Below are positions 28,501-36,170 of a stretch of DNA of 64,000 nucleotides, piece after piece. Position 1 is the first letter of the stretch. Each line of letters starts with the position of its first letter. The translations under genes and the position numbers were made by a program. Source of the DNA: Nitrospirota bacterium (GTDB lineage: Bacteria; Nitrospirota; UBA9217). The DNA lies in assembly GCA_963751455.1 (NCBI GenBank), contig CAVVUN010000012.1, forward strand, positions 448,001 to 512,000. Reading direction: 5' to 3'. Under the pieces are notes generated by a model that worked only from the letters and a program-made list of their open reading frames with translations, was not told the DNA's origin and did not search any database.

Positions 28501-30156
28501 TGCCTTGGTGTTGGTCCTTGCCCCCGAATCGGCGGCAGTCAACATCTGTGGGCCGTATTCCGTAACTGATTCATTGGCTGATCCCTCATTCAAAGTGACT
28601 GTGACCGTAGCATTAATTGGAACATCCGCACTTTTGTAATAGTTGACCTCGATAAGGTAGTTGCCCGCAACCGGATAATCAATGGTGAAATTCTCAGGGC
28701 CCTCTCCGTCGCGATCGTCGAAATCAAGTTGCCCTCCGATTTGGGTGCGAAAACCATCGCGAGCCGCGTTAGCATGGTCCCAGTAGCACTCTTCACCTTT
28801 GGGATCGGTTACATGAAGATCAACATCCGTGCCTGCTCCACCTGTCCAGGTGAGCGTTACGCGCATGCGCCCAACTGTGCCGTTTAAAGTAACAATCCGC
28901 CGTGCAGACTCAACCACTGCGCCCGAATTCCCGCTTACAGCCACAAAAATTTCGTTTTGCCCCAGGGTAAGCGGCATCTTTTTCTTGTATGTGCCGTCTC
29001 CATTTAAGCGGACTGTAAGTGAATCACCGGTATTTGCGTTCATGACCCATGCGCGGTCATTAACGATTCCGCTGCCTCCCGTTACCGAAAACTGCACCTC
29101 AAAAGCCGTATCAGCCACAGTAATATTGGAGGAAGGGTTTAATAAAGTAACGCTTACTTGGTCAGACACTTGTCCAGATTGCCCCGCTGCTGATACCGCA
29201 TCCGAGTATGAGTTAGCAGCGACAGCGGCAGTCGCGAGATAAGCGGCTCCCGCCAAAAGAAGCAGAGGCGCTCCAATAGCTGCTGTACCTGTAGCAGCCA
29301 GAGCCACACCAACAGCACCAACGACTAAGCCGCCCCCACCAGCAATAAGATCGACAATTGCAAGCCGTGCCAACTGGGAGGAGGGGTGACTATTAGTGAG
29401 CGTTGCCGCTTCCGCAATCCTTGGTGAAACGAATCCAATAATTTTGTGCAACCAATCTCTGTTGTAATCAATTTTGGGCGCGTATCTGCCCTTATTGTTC
29501 TGCATTTGATAGATATATTCATTGGAATTGCTGAGATCGACATCTACTATTTCAGCCATAATAATGGATAGCGCCATTGTCTGGATAAAATTGATTTGAG
29601 ACGAACTGGTGAGCGTCCTTGGAGTCGAGGGAAAACTATGACTATTTGGGTCCATGCTGAGGAGATAGAGCAATGAAGTATCTTTTGAAAAACCTTGCGC
29701 ATATGCGTCATTAATAGCTTTGTTCAGACCGCTAATGATTGTGAGCTGGGGAACTGTGTATGTCGTTCCATTAATGTCGTAAGCGACAAAAGTCAACTTG
29801 CCGAGAATATCATTTATGGATATTGTCTTATTCCCTGCAGCCGAAGCGGCCTTTATTCCATAACTCGTTAATGATGCACGGAACATAGCAGTCTGGTTCG
29901 CTTGTTTACCGGAAGCATCGAGATAACCGAATCCGCATTCGGCGATCAAGCTCTTGATCGAGGATTCACTATGCGTTGCGTTATAGTCTTTCACGGCGGT
30001 TTCAAAGCTCGACAGGTTTCCTGATGTATTGCTGCCGCTTCCGGCACTCCCGCTGTCTCCACCTCCGCCGCAATTACTGAGCGACAGCGTCGATGTCATG
30101 ACAAAAAAATAAAGAATGCTCGATACAAACCACGGCCTTTTTTGTAAACTCCGCAT
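25534..30156 (-). CDS. giant surface lipoprotein: YfaP/DUF2135-like domain, 2 PKD/REJ-like domains, 5 tandem FN3 domains, C-terminal DUF1566 (Lcl/CLec) domain
   Basis: LSNC-GGGG lipobox; RVTLTW..TDVDLHVTDP..LDFDD..GPEN; PPTANAGNDQ; APTG..TLSW..YNIYW repeats; YTDNGDGTV..GLVWQ..WRLP..EEL..YWSST..AW.V.F..VRCVR; start at 30156 (GGGAGG RBS). Confidence 0.9.
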   Translation of the reverse strand: MRSLQKRPWFVSSILYFFVMTSTLSLSNCGGGGDSGSAGSGSNTSGNLSSFETAVKDYNATHSESSIKSLIAECGFGYLDASGKQANQTAMFRASLTSYGIKAASAAGNKTISINDILGKLTFVAYDINGTTYTVPQLTIISGLNKAINDAYAQGFSKDTSLLYLLSMDPNSHSFPSTPRTLTSSSQINFIQTMALSIIMAEIVDVDLSNSNEYIYQMQNNKGRYAPKIDYNRDWLHKIIGFVSPRIAEAATLTNSHPSSQLARLAIVDLIAGGGGLVVGAVGVALAATGTAAIGAPLLLLAGAAYLATAAVAANSYSDAVSAAGQSGQVSDQVSVTLLNPSSNITVADTAFEVQFSVTGGSGIVNDRAWVMNANTGDSLTVRLNGDGTYKKKMPLTLGQNEIFVAVSGNSGAVVESARRIVTLNGTVGRMRVTLTWTGGAGTDVDLHVTDPKGEECYWDHANAARDGFRTQIGGQLDFDDRDGEGPENFTIDYPVAGNYLIEVNYYKSADVPINATVTVTLNEGSANESVTEYGPQMLTAADSGARTNTKAWWNVIALPVTGNIKLLPQITGAAVTHTYKKNTLAWTSTAQYVTKGYNVYGRQSYFWQLEGNVSNGLAPRTYSSWKKLNSSLLTTPTFDHVLTDEYNTYYEYYVLPVNVENVETQKNSTTKIALWNNTDQTKKVTLFSSLTLSTNVTGPFYVPSSRFPVEMNGEWKIASGSNPGPTLMISQDQQTWATLGSFDRGSALATDIYRYFDLEPYKGQYAYFKLDNKNGSFALANMIKWIMDNEADSVANTPPTANAGNDQTTKVGTTISLSGSLSTDSDGDSLSYSWSVTNAPAGSEATLSNPSSVSATFVPDKKGVYTIRLIVNDGKIDSLPADVTITVTNSAPVADAGPDQNVNAGTLVNLDGSGSTDVDGDTLTYSWTVQNRPSGSTTTITEGTKMNAIFSPDKAGTYTFRLTVSDGTDSSYDDVTFVVSALAAPTGVTATAETGQITLSWSAVTGTTSYNLYWSTSSNVSKASTKISNVTSPYIHTGRTNGTTYYYVVTSIANGIESAESTVVNATPISAPTGLTLTSGNSQITLNWTAVSGATSYNIYWSSITGVSKTSYTGKLSSTVNTYLHSSLTNGAAYYYVVTAVNSNGESTESAQSSSTPIASPTGLTASAGTSQVTLSWSSVTGAASYNIYWSTSSTVSKASTTISNVTSPYIYTGRTNGTTYYYVVTSIANGIESAESTVVNATPISAPTGLTLTSGNSQITLNWTAVSGATSYNIYWSSITGVSKTSYTGKLSSTVNTYLHSSLTNGAAYYYVVTAVNSNGESTESAQSSSTPIASPTGLTASAGTSQVTLSWSSVTGAASYNIYWSTSSTVSKASTKISNVTSPYVHTGRSHSITYYYVVTAVANGIESFESLQVNATPIAYTDNGDGTVKAIATGLVWQKRDNGTMYNWDDAKLYCGGLNLAGSGWRLPAIEELKTIIDTNYQPTIDPIFTNVKSEISYWSSTTSGYGTNTAWGVYFGYGSMPYYYKTDTNYVRCVR
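26001..27130. repeat. near-perfect 528-bp intragenic tandem duplication (two FN3 domains per unit)
   Basis: gactcgtcacattcgatatt recurs at 26001, 26529 and 27057; intervening sequence nearly identical. Confidence 0.92.
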
Positions 30157-30180
30157 AGATCCCTCCCGGTATAAAAAAGC

Positions 30181-30219
30181 AAACAAAAAACCCATGCATC
30201 CGCAAATGGATACATGGGT
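30181..30219 (-). terminator. intrinsic terminator in the 5' leader of the giant lipoprotein gene
   Basis: - strand ACCCATGTATCC-loop-GGATGCATGGGT followed by TTTTTGTTTG. Confidence 0.75.
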
Positions 30220-30324
30220 CTAGTTCATTTCAATAAAAAATCTCTGGGTTCCCGATAGGAGCACTCGGGAATGACTGCGTGAAGAAAACGATTCCCCGCA
30301 GAAATGACAGATAGGATTAAATTT

Positions 30325-30353
30325 TGACTGACTGACTGACTAACTGACTGACT
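30325..30353. repeat. (TGAC)7 tetranucleotide microsatellite (one unit TAAC)
   Basis: tgactgactgactgactaactgactgact. Confidence 0.85.
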
Positions 30354-30625
30354 TTGCAGGAAGGGCGCCATTAGACTATACCCCCTTTTCGTTGCTCACA
30401 TCAGCCTTAGAATAATACAAATGGCTTAGAATGCGATGATTTTACCAATCAGTTCTTGGAATTGCAACTAAAAAAATCGGTCGGATCGGGTATTTTTAGG
30501 GTGTGGATAAGTCTTGAAAGCAGATCGCATGGCTGGCATTCTGGTTCAGGGTTCCGGAGGGACAGAAAGAAGCGCCGAGCGTGAAGTTCGATTAATACTG
30601 CGAAATGACAAGGTCAGATCGAATC

Positions 30626-30662
30626 AATCCCCGTTTGTTACTGTACAAACGGGGATTTTTTA
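30626..30662. terminator. terminator between the displaced lemA end and the convergent trxB-like gene
   Basis: AATCCCCGTTTGT-loop-ACAAACGGGGATT-TTTT. Confidence 0.8.
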
Positions 30663-32300
30663 TTATGAGGCACGCTTCTGTTCTTCCTGTTTCCTCAACG
30701 CCAGGCTTGAAATATCCTCGAAAGCGCTCATGGCCGCGATGGATCCCTGGCCCACGGCGACAACGATCTGCTTCAGTCCGCCGGTGATGTCTCCTGCAGC
30801 ATACACGCGAGGCATCGACGTCCTCATGGTGGTCAGGTCCGTTTTGATATATCCTTCACCGGTCATTTCGAGCCCGAGAGCCTTTGCAATCTCGTTGTTC
30901 GGCACATAGCCGATTGCAACGAACACGCCGTCAACAGTCATTTCAGTGACGGCATGGGTCCTGATGTTCTCGATCCTGACGGCTTTAACCGTTTTTTCAC
31001 CGATTATTTCCTTCACTTCGCTGTTCCATAATACCGGGATCCCGGTTTCATCCAGGCTTTCACGCAGCTTAGCCTCGCAGCGAAGCGTATCCCGCCAGTG
31101 GACGATCGTAACATCTGCGCCCAGATTGTGAAGATAGAGCGCGTCTGTGACGGCAGTATTGCCCCCTCCAACCACAATTACCTTTTTTCGGTCCTTGAAA
31201 AAATAACCGTCACAGGTGGCGCAATAGCTTACTCCCCGTCCGTAAAGGCGGCGCTCGCCTGTGGCGCCCAGCGCCCTGTTGCCTACGCCGGTGGCTATCA
31301 TGATGCCCTTCGTGATGTAGACGCCCCGGTTCGTCTTTACGTGGAACTTTCCGTCTTCCTTCTTTGTCTCGATCTCTTTTACCTGTTCGCCAACATGAAT
31401 ATCAGCGTATTGGACCGCCTGTTGCGAGATCAGGTCTACGAGGCTCTTCCCCCCGATCCGCATATAGCCCGGATAGTTCTCGACGACGGGTGTGATGGCC
31501 ACCTGGCCGCCGATCACTTCGCGTTCAAGCAGGACCGTGGCAAGCCCGGCACGAACAGCATAGATGGCAGCGGTAAGCCCGGCCGGTCCGGCACCGAGTA
31601 TGACCAGGTCTTTTTCCACAGGCTCCTCGGAGATCTTTTCAGACACGTATTCAGGCTCTTTGAGCGTGAGAAGCGATTCAACGAAAAACTCCTCCGGTTG
31701 AAGCCCCATGCCTGTAAAAGTATTATTAATGAAGGTCTGTGGGACCGACAACGAACCCAGGCTCTCGGCCAGGTCCTGGTTCTCGTAGATTTCTACGATC
31801 TCGGCGGAAATGAGGTCGGGTTTTACGATTGCGGCGGAGAATGCCGTGAGCGCCTGTTGAGGGCAGTAAGGACACGTAGGACTCACAAAGACCTGTATGT
31901 CGCGCTTTTCCTTGAGACCGGCAATCCGTTCCATCGCCTGCGCTGTCAGAACGCTTTTCCCCGTGGATGCCATCATGATTGCGAGCAGCAGCGAGCGGCT
32001 CTCCTCGCCGAGCGGGGCGCCGGTATAGCGGAGCTGGTATATATCGGGCGCGACAAGAACGGTAGGCGCGCGATGAACGTTCCGTTTTATCGACTGTTCG
32101 CTCCCGACTTTATAAAAAGAGACCTTGAGCTTGTCGCTCAGCACGGACAACGCCTTGATGAGCGAAACCGCGGCCTCGCTGAACTGATCGTTTACGCCCG
32201 GCTTCACATAGACTTCGATAACAACGTTTTCCTTCAGCTCTTTAAAAAATGTTTCCTGTATGACTTTTTTTACCTCATCGGGCAGTTGTTGTTCGGCCAT
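30663..32300 (-). CDS. thioredoxin reductase fused to an N-terminal AhpF-NTD/PDO-like double thioredoxin domain
   Basis: CPYC in the N-domain; GAGPAGLTAA, GVSYCATCDG, VGGGNTA, YAAGD. Confidence 0.9.
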   Translation of the reverse strand: MAEQQLPDEVKKVIQETFFKELKENVVIEVYVKPGVNDQFSEAAVSLIKALSVLSDKLKVSFYKVGSEQSIKRNVHRAPTVLVAPDIYQLRYTGAPLGEESRSLLLAIMMASTGKSVLTAQAMERIAGLKEKRDIQVFVSPTCPYCPQQALTAFSAAIVKPDLISAEIVEIYENQDLAESLGSLSVPQTFINNTFTGMGLQPEEFFVESLLTLKEPEYVSEKISEEPVEKDLVILGAGPAGLTAAIYAVRAGLATVLLEREVIGGQVAITPVVENYPGYMRIGGKSLVDLISQQAVQYADIHVGEQVKEIETKKEDGKFHVKTNRGVYITKGIMIATGVGNRALGATGERRLYGRGVSYCATCDGYFFKDRKKVIVVGGGNTAVTDALYLHNLGADVTIVHWRDTLRCEAKLRESLDETGIPVLWNSEVKEIIGEKTVKAVRIENIRTHAVTEMTVDGVFVAIGYVPNNEIAKALGLEMTGEGYIKTDLTTMRTSMPRVYAAGDITGGLKQIVVAVGQGSIAAMSAFEDISSLALRKQEEQKRAS

Positions 32301-32426
32301 GGTGTCACCTCACTATTGTAACCACGGGCTTCGCTCACGGGGCTTTCGCCACACGGATAAGTTATAAATTTATTGCTCTTTAGGACAGTGATGGCTTTAA
32401 CCGTGTTCATCCGTGGTTAATTTCTT

Positions 32427-32982
32427 CTATTTTATTCTTTGCGATATCTTCTTAAACTCCTCGGATCCTGCAACTTTAAGCAGCTGGAAAAGCACGGTCT
32501 CGGTGCAGGTTATTGCAGCGCCGGCATCCCGCATGTAATCAAGCCCGGCCCGCCGGTTTTCCTCGGTCCTGGAACAGACCGCATCCTGTACCACGTGCGG
32601 CATGAACCCGTCCTGCAGCAACCCGATTGTGGTTTGGAGCACGCAGATATGGGTTTCCATGCCGGCTGACGATCACTTTTTTTCTGTTTATCCTGCTGAT
32701 CTCCGCAAGGAATGACGGCTCACCGCAGCAATTAAAGGCAATTTTCTCGACTGGCCGGTAACCCGGCATGACGGCCTGCAGTTCGGGGACTGTCCTCCCG
32801 AGCCCCTTCGGGTACTGCTCGGTAACAACCACAGGGATTTTGATCATCTTCGCGAGTTCGATAAGGTGCAGGCAATTCTTTATGACTTGTTCCCTTTCCT
32901 TCATGACGACTGCGAGTTTGTCCTGTATGTCGACAATGAGAAGTACCGCATCTTCCCTATCGAGCAAATATTTTTTATCCAA
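32427..32982 (-). pseudogene. isochorismatase-family hydrolase, frameshifted near 32665 (possible sequencing error)
   Basis: LLIVDIQDKL, TEQYPKGLG in one frame; METHICVLQT...DAVCSR in another. Confidence 0.85.
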
Positions 32983-33100
32983 TCGATTCTTCTCCTTCGC
33001 GAAAACCAATTTTCTGCTTTTCACTCGGAACTCCGCACGGCTCGACTGAGCTCGCCGAAGTCTCCGAATTCCGAACTTATTAGCCGGCACCCTGCCGGTT

Positions 33101-33316
33101 CTATACCCCTCAGGAACCGCCGTAGCCGACCGACACCTTGCCATCCTCGACGATAACCGGAACATTGCGCTCGCCTTCGGAAAAACGGAGCATCTCTTCG
33201 AGTTTGGCGGCTTCGACTTTCACATCGATATACTCCGCATTTGATCCATAGGCTTCACGAGCCTTTATGGTGTAGGGTCAGCTCTGCTTCCCGTAGATAA
33301 TCACTTTGCTTGCCAT
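33101..33316 (-). CDS. UXX-star-type glutaredoxin-like selenoprotein with two UGA(Sec) codons
   Basis: MASKVIIYGKQSUPYTIKAREAYGSNAEYIDVKVEAAKLEEMLRFSEGERNVPVIVEDGKVSVGYGGSUGV*; AGGAGGG RBS; hairpin after each UGA. Confidence 0.85.
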
Positions 33317-33523
33317 GGCGCCCTCCTTTTTCGATATATTACTATATTAGCAAACGGAAATGATTTGCGATAGATCGGAAATTATAACTGCGAACAAATT
33401 GAGGCCTATTTTCCTAATAGTACGAATAGGGGATTTAAAAAACCACAAGTGAGCTGGTCTCGGAGCGGGGATATAGCAATGGGAACACTGTAAGGTCCAC
33501 GGGAGCAAAAGCCGTTTCCCGCT

Positions 33524-33841
33524 TCATCCGAACTTCAGTTTTTTCAGCAGCAGCGTGGAGAGAAGGTGGCTCTTTCCCTCTTCCTTTTGGACCAGCAGGT
33601 AAAAATCACAGGACGTACAGCTTATGTGTTTCCTGGCGAATGAGCCCTGCACTTCTCCCCCGCACAGGGTGCCTGCAATCACCCAGCACGCGCGGCCGGC
33701 GTTTTTACCGTCGTGAACGCTGTTAAGCCGGACCTCGCTTGAGACCGGACAGGCGCCGAGCTCTTTCTCGGTGGCCCCTCCCGGCTCCCTGCCGCATTTC
33801 TTGAATTCCCAACAGTTCAGTTTGGTTGTTTCCATGCTCAT
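33524..33841 (-). CDS. two-CW domain protein
   Basis: KLNCWEFKKCGRE...CP...GRACWVIAGTLCGG...CTSCDFY; start uncertain. Confidence 0.8.
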   Translation of the reverse strand: MSMETTKLNCWEFKKCGREPGGATEKELGACPVSSEVRLNSVHDGKNAGRACWVIAGTLCGGEVQGSFARKHISCTSCDFYLLVQKEEGKSHLLSTLLLKKLKFG

Positions 33842-33956
33842 TGTCCCCCTCAATGGGCTGATTCTTGAGTATCGTAGCAGAACCTTTTGATTGTGTCAAT
33901 GACCGGGGGATTAATGTAAAGCCTCAAAAGGCGACGTGAGGATGGAATCCGGATAT

Positions 33957-35021
33957 TCAGAGCCATTTTTTTCGTTTAAAGTACACGATCATGAAACAGA
34001 CAATGCCGGCCATGATGAGCAGAACGGACGGATAGCCGTAGCGCCAGTCGAGCTCCGGCATATGTTTGAAGTTCATGCCGTAGACCCCTACCACAAACGT
34101 GAGCGGCATGAAAATGGTTGTAATGACGGTCAGCACTTTCATAACCTGGTTCAAACGGTTGCTGACGCTCGACAGGTACATATCAAGCATGCCGGAAAGC
34201 ATCTCCCGGTAAATGTCCACGCTGTCGATTACCTGGATCACGTGGTCGTATACATCCCGGAGATAGGGGGCGGTAGCCTCTTTTATGAGAAGGGACTCTT
34301 GTTTGCCGAGAGTGTTCACTACCTCCCGTAACGGCCATACCGCGTTATGCAGAAATATCAATTCCCGCTTGAGCCGATAGATCGCGTGCACGGTCTTTTG
34401 CGTAGGGTTGTCGATCAGCTCGGTTTCGAGCAGCTCGATCTTTTCGCCGATCTTCTCCAAAATCACGAAATAGTTGTCCACGACCGCATCGATGAGCGCA
34501 TAGGCAAGGTAATCAGCTCCCATTTTCCTGATACGGCCCTTTCCGCTCCTCAACCGCTCGCGGATAAGATTGAACACGTCGCCTTCGACGCCTTCCTGGA
34601 ATGAGAGAATATAATTTGGACCGAGAATAATGCTGATCTGTTCGGTAATAATGTCCGCTCCCCTGCCGTTCGAAAGCATTTTCATGACAAGGTAGATGTA
34701 TTCGCCATGATCTTCAATCTTCGGACGCTGGTCAATGTTCATGATGTCTTCCATCACCAGCCGGTGAATGCTGAAGCAATCGCCCAGCTTTTCAAGCAGC
34801 GCAGCGCTATGGACACCGTCCAGGTTGATCCAGGTTATAGTCGGCTTGTTCTTGTAGTCAAGACATTGCTCGACTGATGACGCTTCCGCTTCCAGCAGGT
34901 TCTTTTCATCGAAGTCGATGATATGTATCCCGATTTTTGCATCTTTCCTGTCTCCGGTGTAGATAAGGGTCTCGGACGGGAGTCCTGCTTTTTTCGAGCG
35001 CTTTTTTGTCAGTTTAGGCAT
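33957..35021 (-). CDS. corA: magnesium/cobalt transporter CorA
   Basis: QRPKIE, YLRDVYDH, GVYGMNF signature, MPELDWRYGY. Confidence 0.95.
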   Translation of the reverse strand: MPKLTKKRSKKAGLPSETLIYTGDRKDAKIGIHIIDFDEKNLLEAEASSVEQCLDYKNKPTITWINLDGVHSAALLEKLGDCFSIHRLVMEDIMNIDQRPKIEDHGEYIYLVMKMLSNGRGADIITEQISIILGPNYILSFQEGVEGDVFNLIRERLRSGKGRIRKMGADYLAYALIDAVVDNYFVILEKIGEKIELLETELIDNPTQKTVHAIYRLKRELIFLHNAVWPLREVVNTLGKQESLLIKEATAPYLRDVYDHVIQVIDSVDIYREMLSGMLDMYLSSVSNRLNQVMKVLTVITTIFMPLTFVVGVYGMNFKHMPELDWRYGYPSVLLIMAGIVCFMIVYFKRKKWL

Positions 35022-35060
35022 GAATTGAGGGAAGGACCTTTCGGGAACGCACGCATAGGA

Positions 35061-35912
35061 TTAATAGAACTCCTTGAGTGTCGTCTGCATTTTATCCGGA
35101 TCGAACCCTTGGTGCACGAGGGGCTTTGCGGAAATAATGGGAATACGATTCTCATAGGTCGGCCGGTGGTTGCGGTAAATGACGCCGATAGGGATGCGGT
35201 CTTCCCACTCCAGCGACTTGGCGAAGGCGGCTGCACGGTCCTCCGGATTGTAGTCCGCTTCAATCCGATAAACACGCTTACGGTACCATTCGTAGGTGTT
35301 CACCTTGTTGAAGGTAACGCAGGGCTGCAGGATGTCTATAAGGGCAAATCCTTCATGCTTCATGGCCTCGACCATGAGCCCCTTGAGATGTTCCGTTTCA
35401 CCGGCAAAGGCCCGTGCAGCAAAGCTGCAATCCAGCGCTACTGCAAACACCAGAGGATTGAACTGTTCCGACGTGACTCCGTACGGCACATTCTTGGCCT
35501 TGGTCCCTTCCGCGGTCGTGGGCGAAGGCTGTCCCTTTGTCAAGGCGTAAATCTGGTTGTCATGAACGAACACCTTGACATTGACGTTCCTCCTGATCGC
35601 TGCCATCAGGTGGTTGCCGCCCTCGCCGTAGCAGTCCCCGTCGCCCGTAGCCACGATTACCGGCATGGAGTTGTTCGCAAGCCTTATGCCTGTCGCGGCC
35701 GGCAGGGCCCTGCCATGAAGGCCATTGAAGGTATTGCAGCGGGTATAGTGCGGAAGTTTTGCCGCCTGGCCGATGCCTGATACGATAGTGAATTGGTGCG
35801 GCTCAAGGCCGAGCGACACTATCGCTTCTTTGAACGTCTTGAGGATCGGGAAATTCCCGCAGCCCGGGCACCAGGCCGGGATTTGACCTCTGTAATCATT
35901 TAGAGTCGGCAT
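35061..35912 (-). CDS. 2-oxoacid:ferredoxin oxidoreductase beta subunit
   Basis: WCPGCGN, GLHGRALP, GDGD TPP motif, LQPCVTFN. Confidence 0.93.
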   Translation of the reverse strand: MPTLNDYRGQIPAWCPGCGNFPILKTFKEAIVSLGLEPHQFTIVSGIGQAAKLPHYTRCNTFNGLHGRALPAATGIRLANNSMPVIVATGDGDCYGEGGNHLMAAIRRNVNVKVFVHDNQIYALTKGQPSPTTAEGTKAKNVPYGVTSEQFNPLVFAVALDCSFAARAFAGETEHLKGLMVEAMKHEGFALIDILQPCVTFNKVNTYEWYRKRVYRIEADYNPEDRAAAFAKSLEWEDRIPIGVIYRNHRPTYENRIPIISAKPLVHQGFDPDKMQTTLKEFY

Positions 35913-36066
35913 AGAGACCTCAGAGCATATCTAATTGCATACTGCAAAATTGCAGAGTGCAAAATTCGAATCTCTTTGCCACAGAGCGGACCATTAAGCA
36001 TCTATGCGTCGGCCGGGACTTCGCCCGGCAGACATGGCCCTTCGGGCAGTTTGAATTTAACGCTTT

Positions 36067-36130
36067 TGTAGGGCGAGGCTTTAGCCTTGCTGATCACCGG
36101 GAAACCGCAACCCTGAAGGGTTGCCCTACA
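36067..36130. repeat. GTAG-family REP doublet (REPIN-like)
   Basis: tgtagggcgaggctttagccttgc...gcaaccctgaagggttgccctaca; inverted relative at 41892-41958. Confidence 0.75.
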
Positions 36131-36170
36131 AACATCGACAAAAGATTGTCGATGTTATGGGCGTAAGCGC

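Larger units (their letters stand above)
20990..30591. mobile_element. putative genomic island integrated in the lemA 3' end (42-bp direct repeats at 20990-21031 and 30550-30591)
   Basis: ggttccggagggWcagaaagaagcgccgagcgtgaagttcga at both ends; partly AT-richer accessory cargo; no integrase seen. Confidence 0.75.

Noticed and set aside
30230-30420. c-di-GMP or other known riboswitch upstream of the adhesin
   Set aside because: I could not find the conserved GEMM motifs by eye; an Rfam scan would be decisive
32983-33165. N-terminal extension of the isochorismatase ORF
   Set aside because: It overlaps the selenoprotein gene end and 7-mer repeats; TTG at 32982 has a proper RBS
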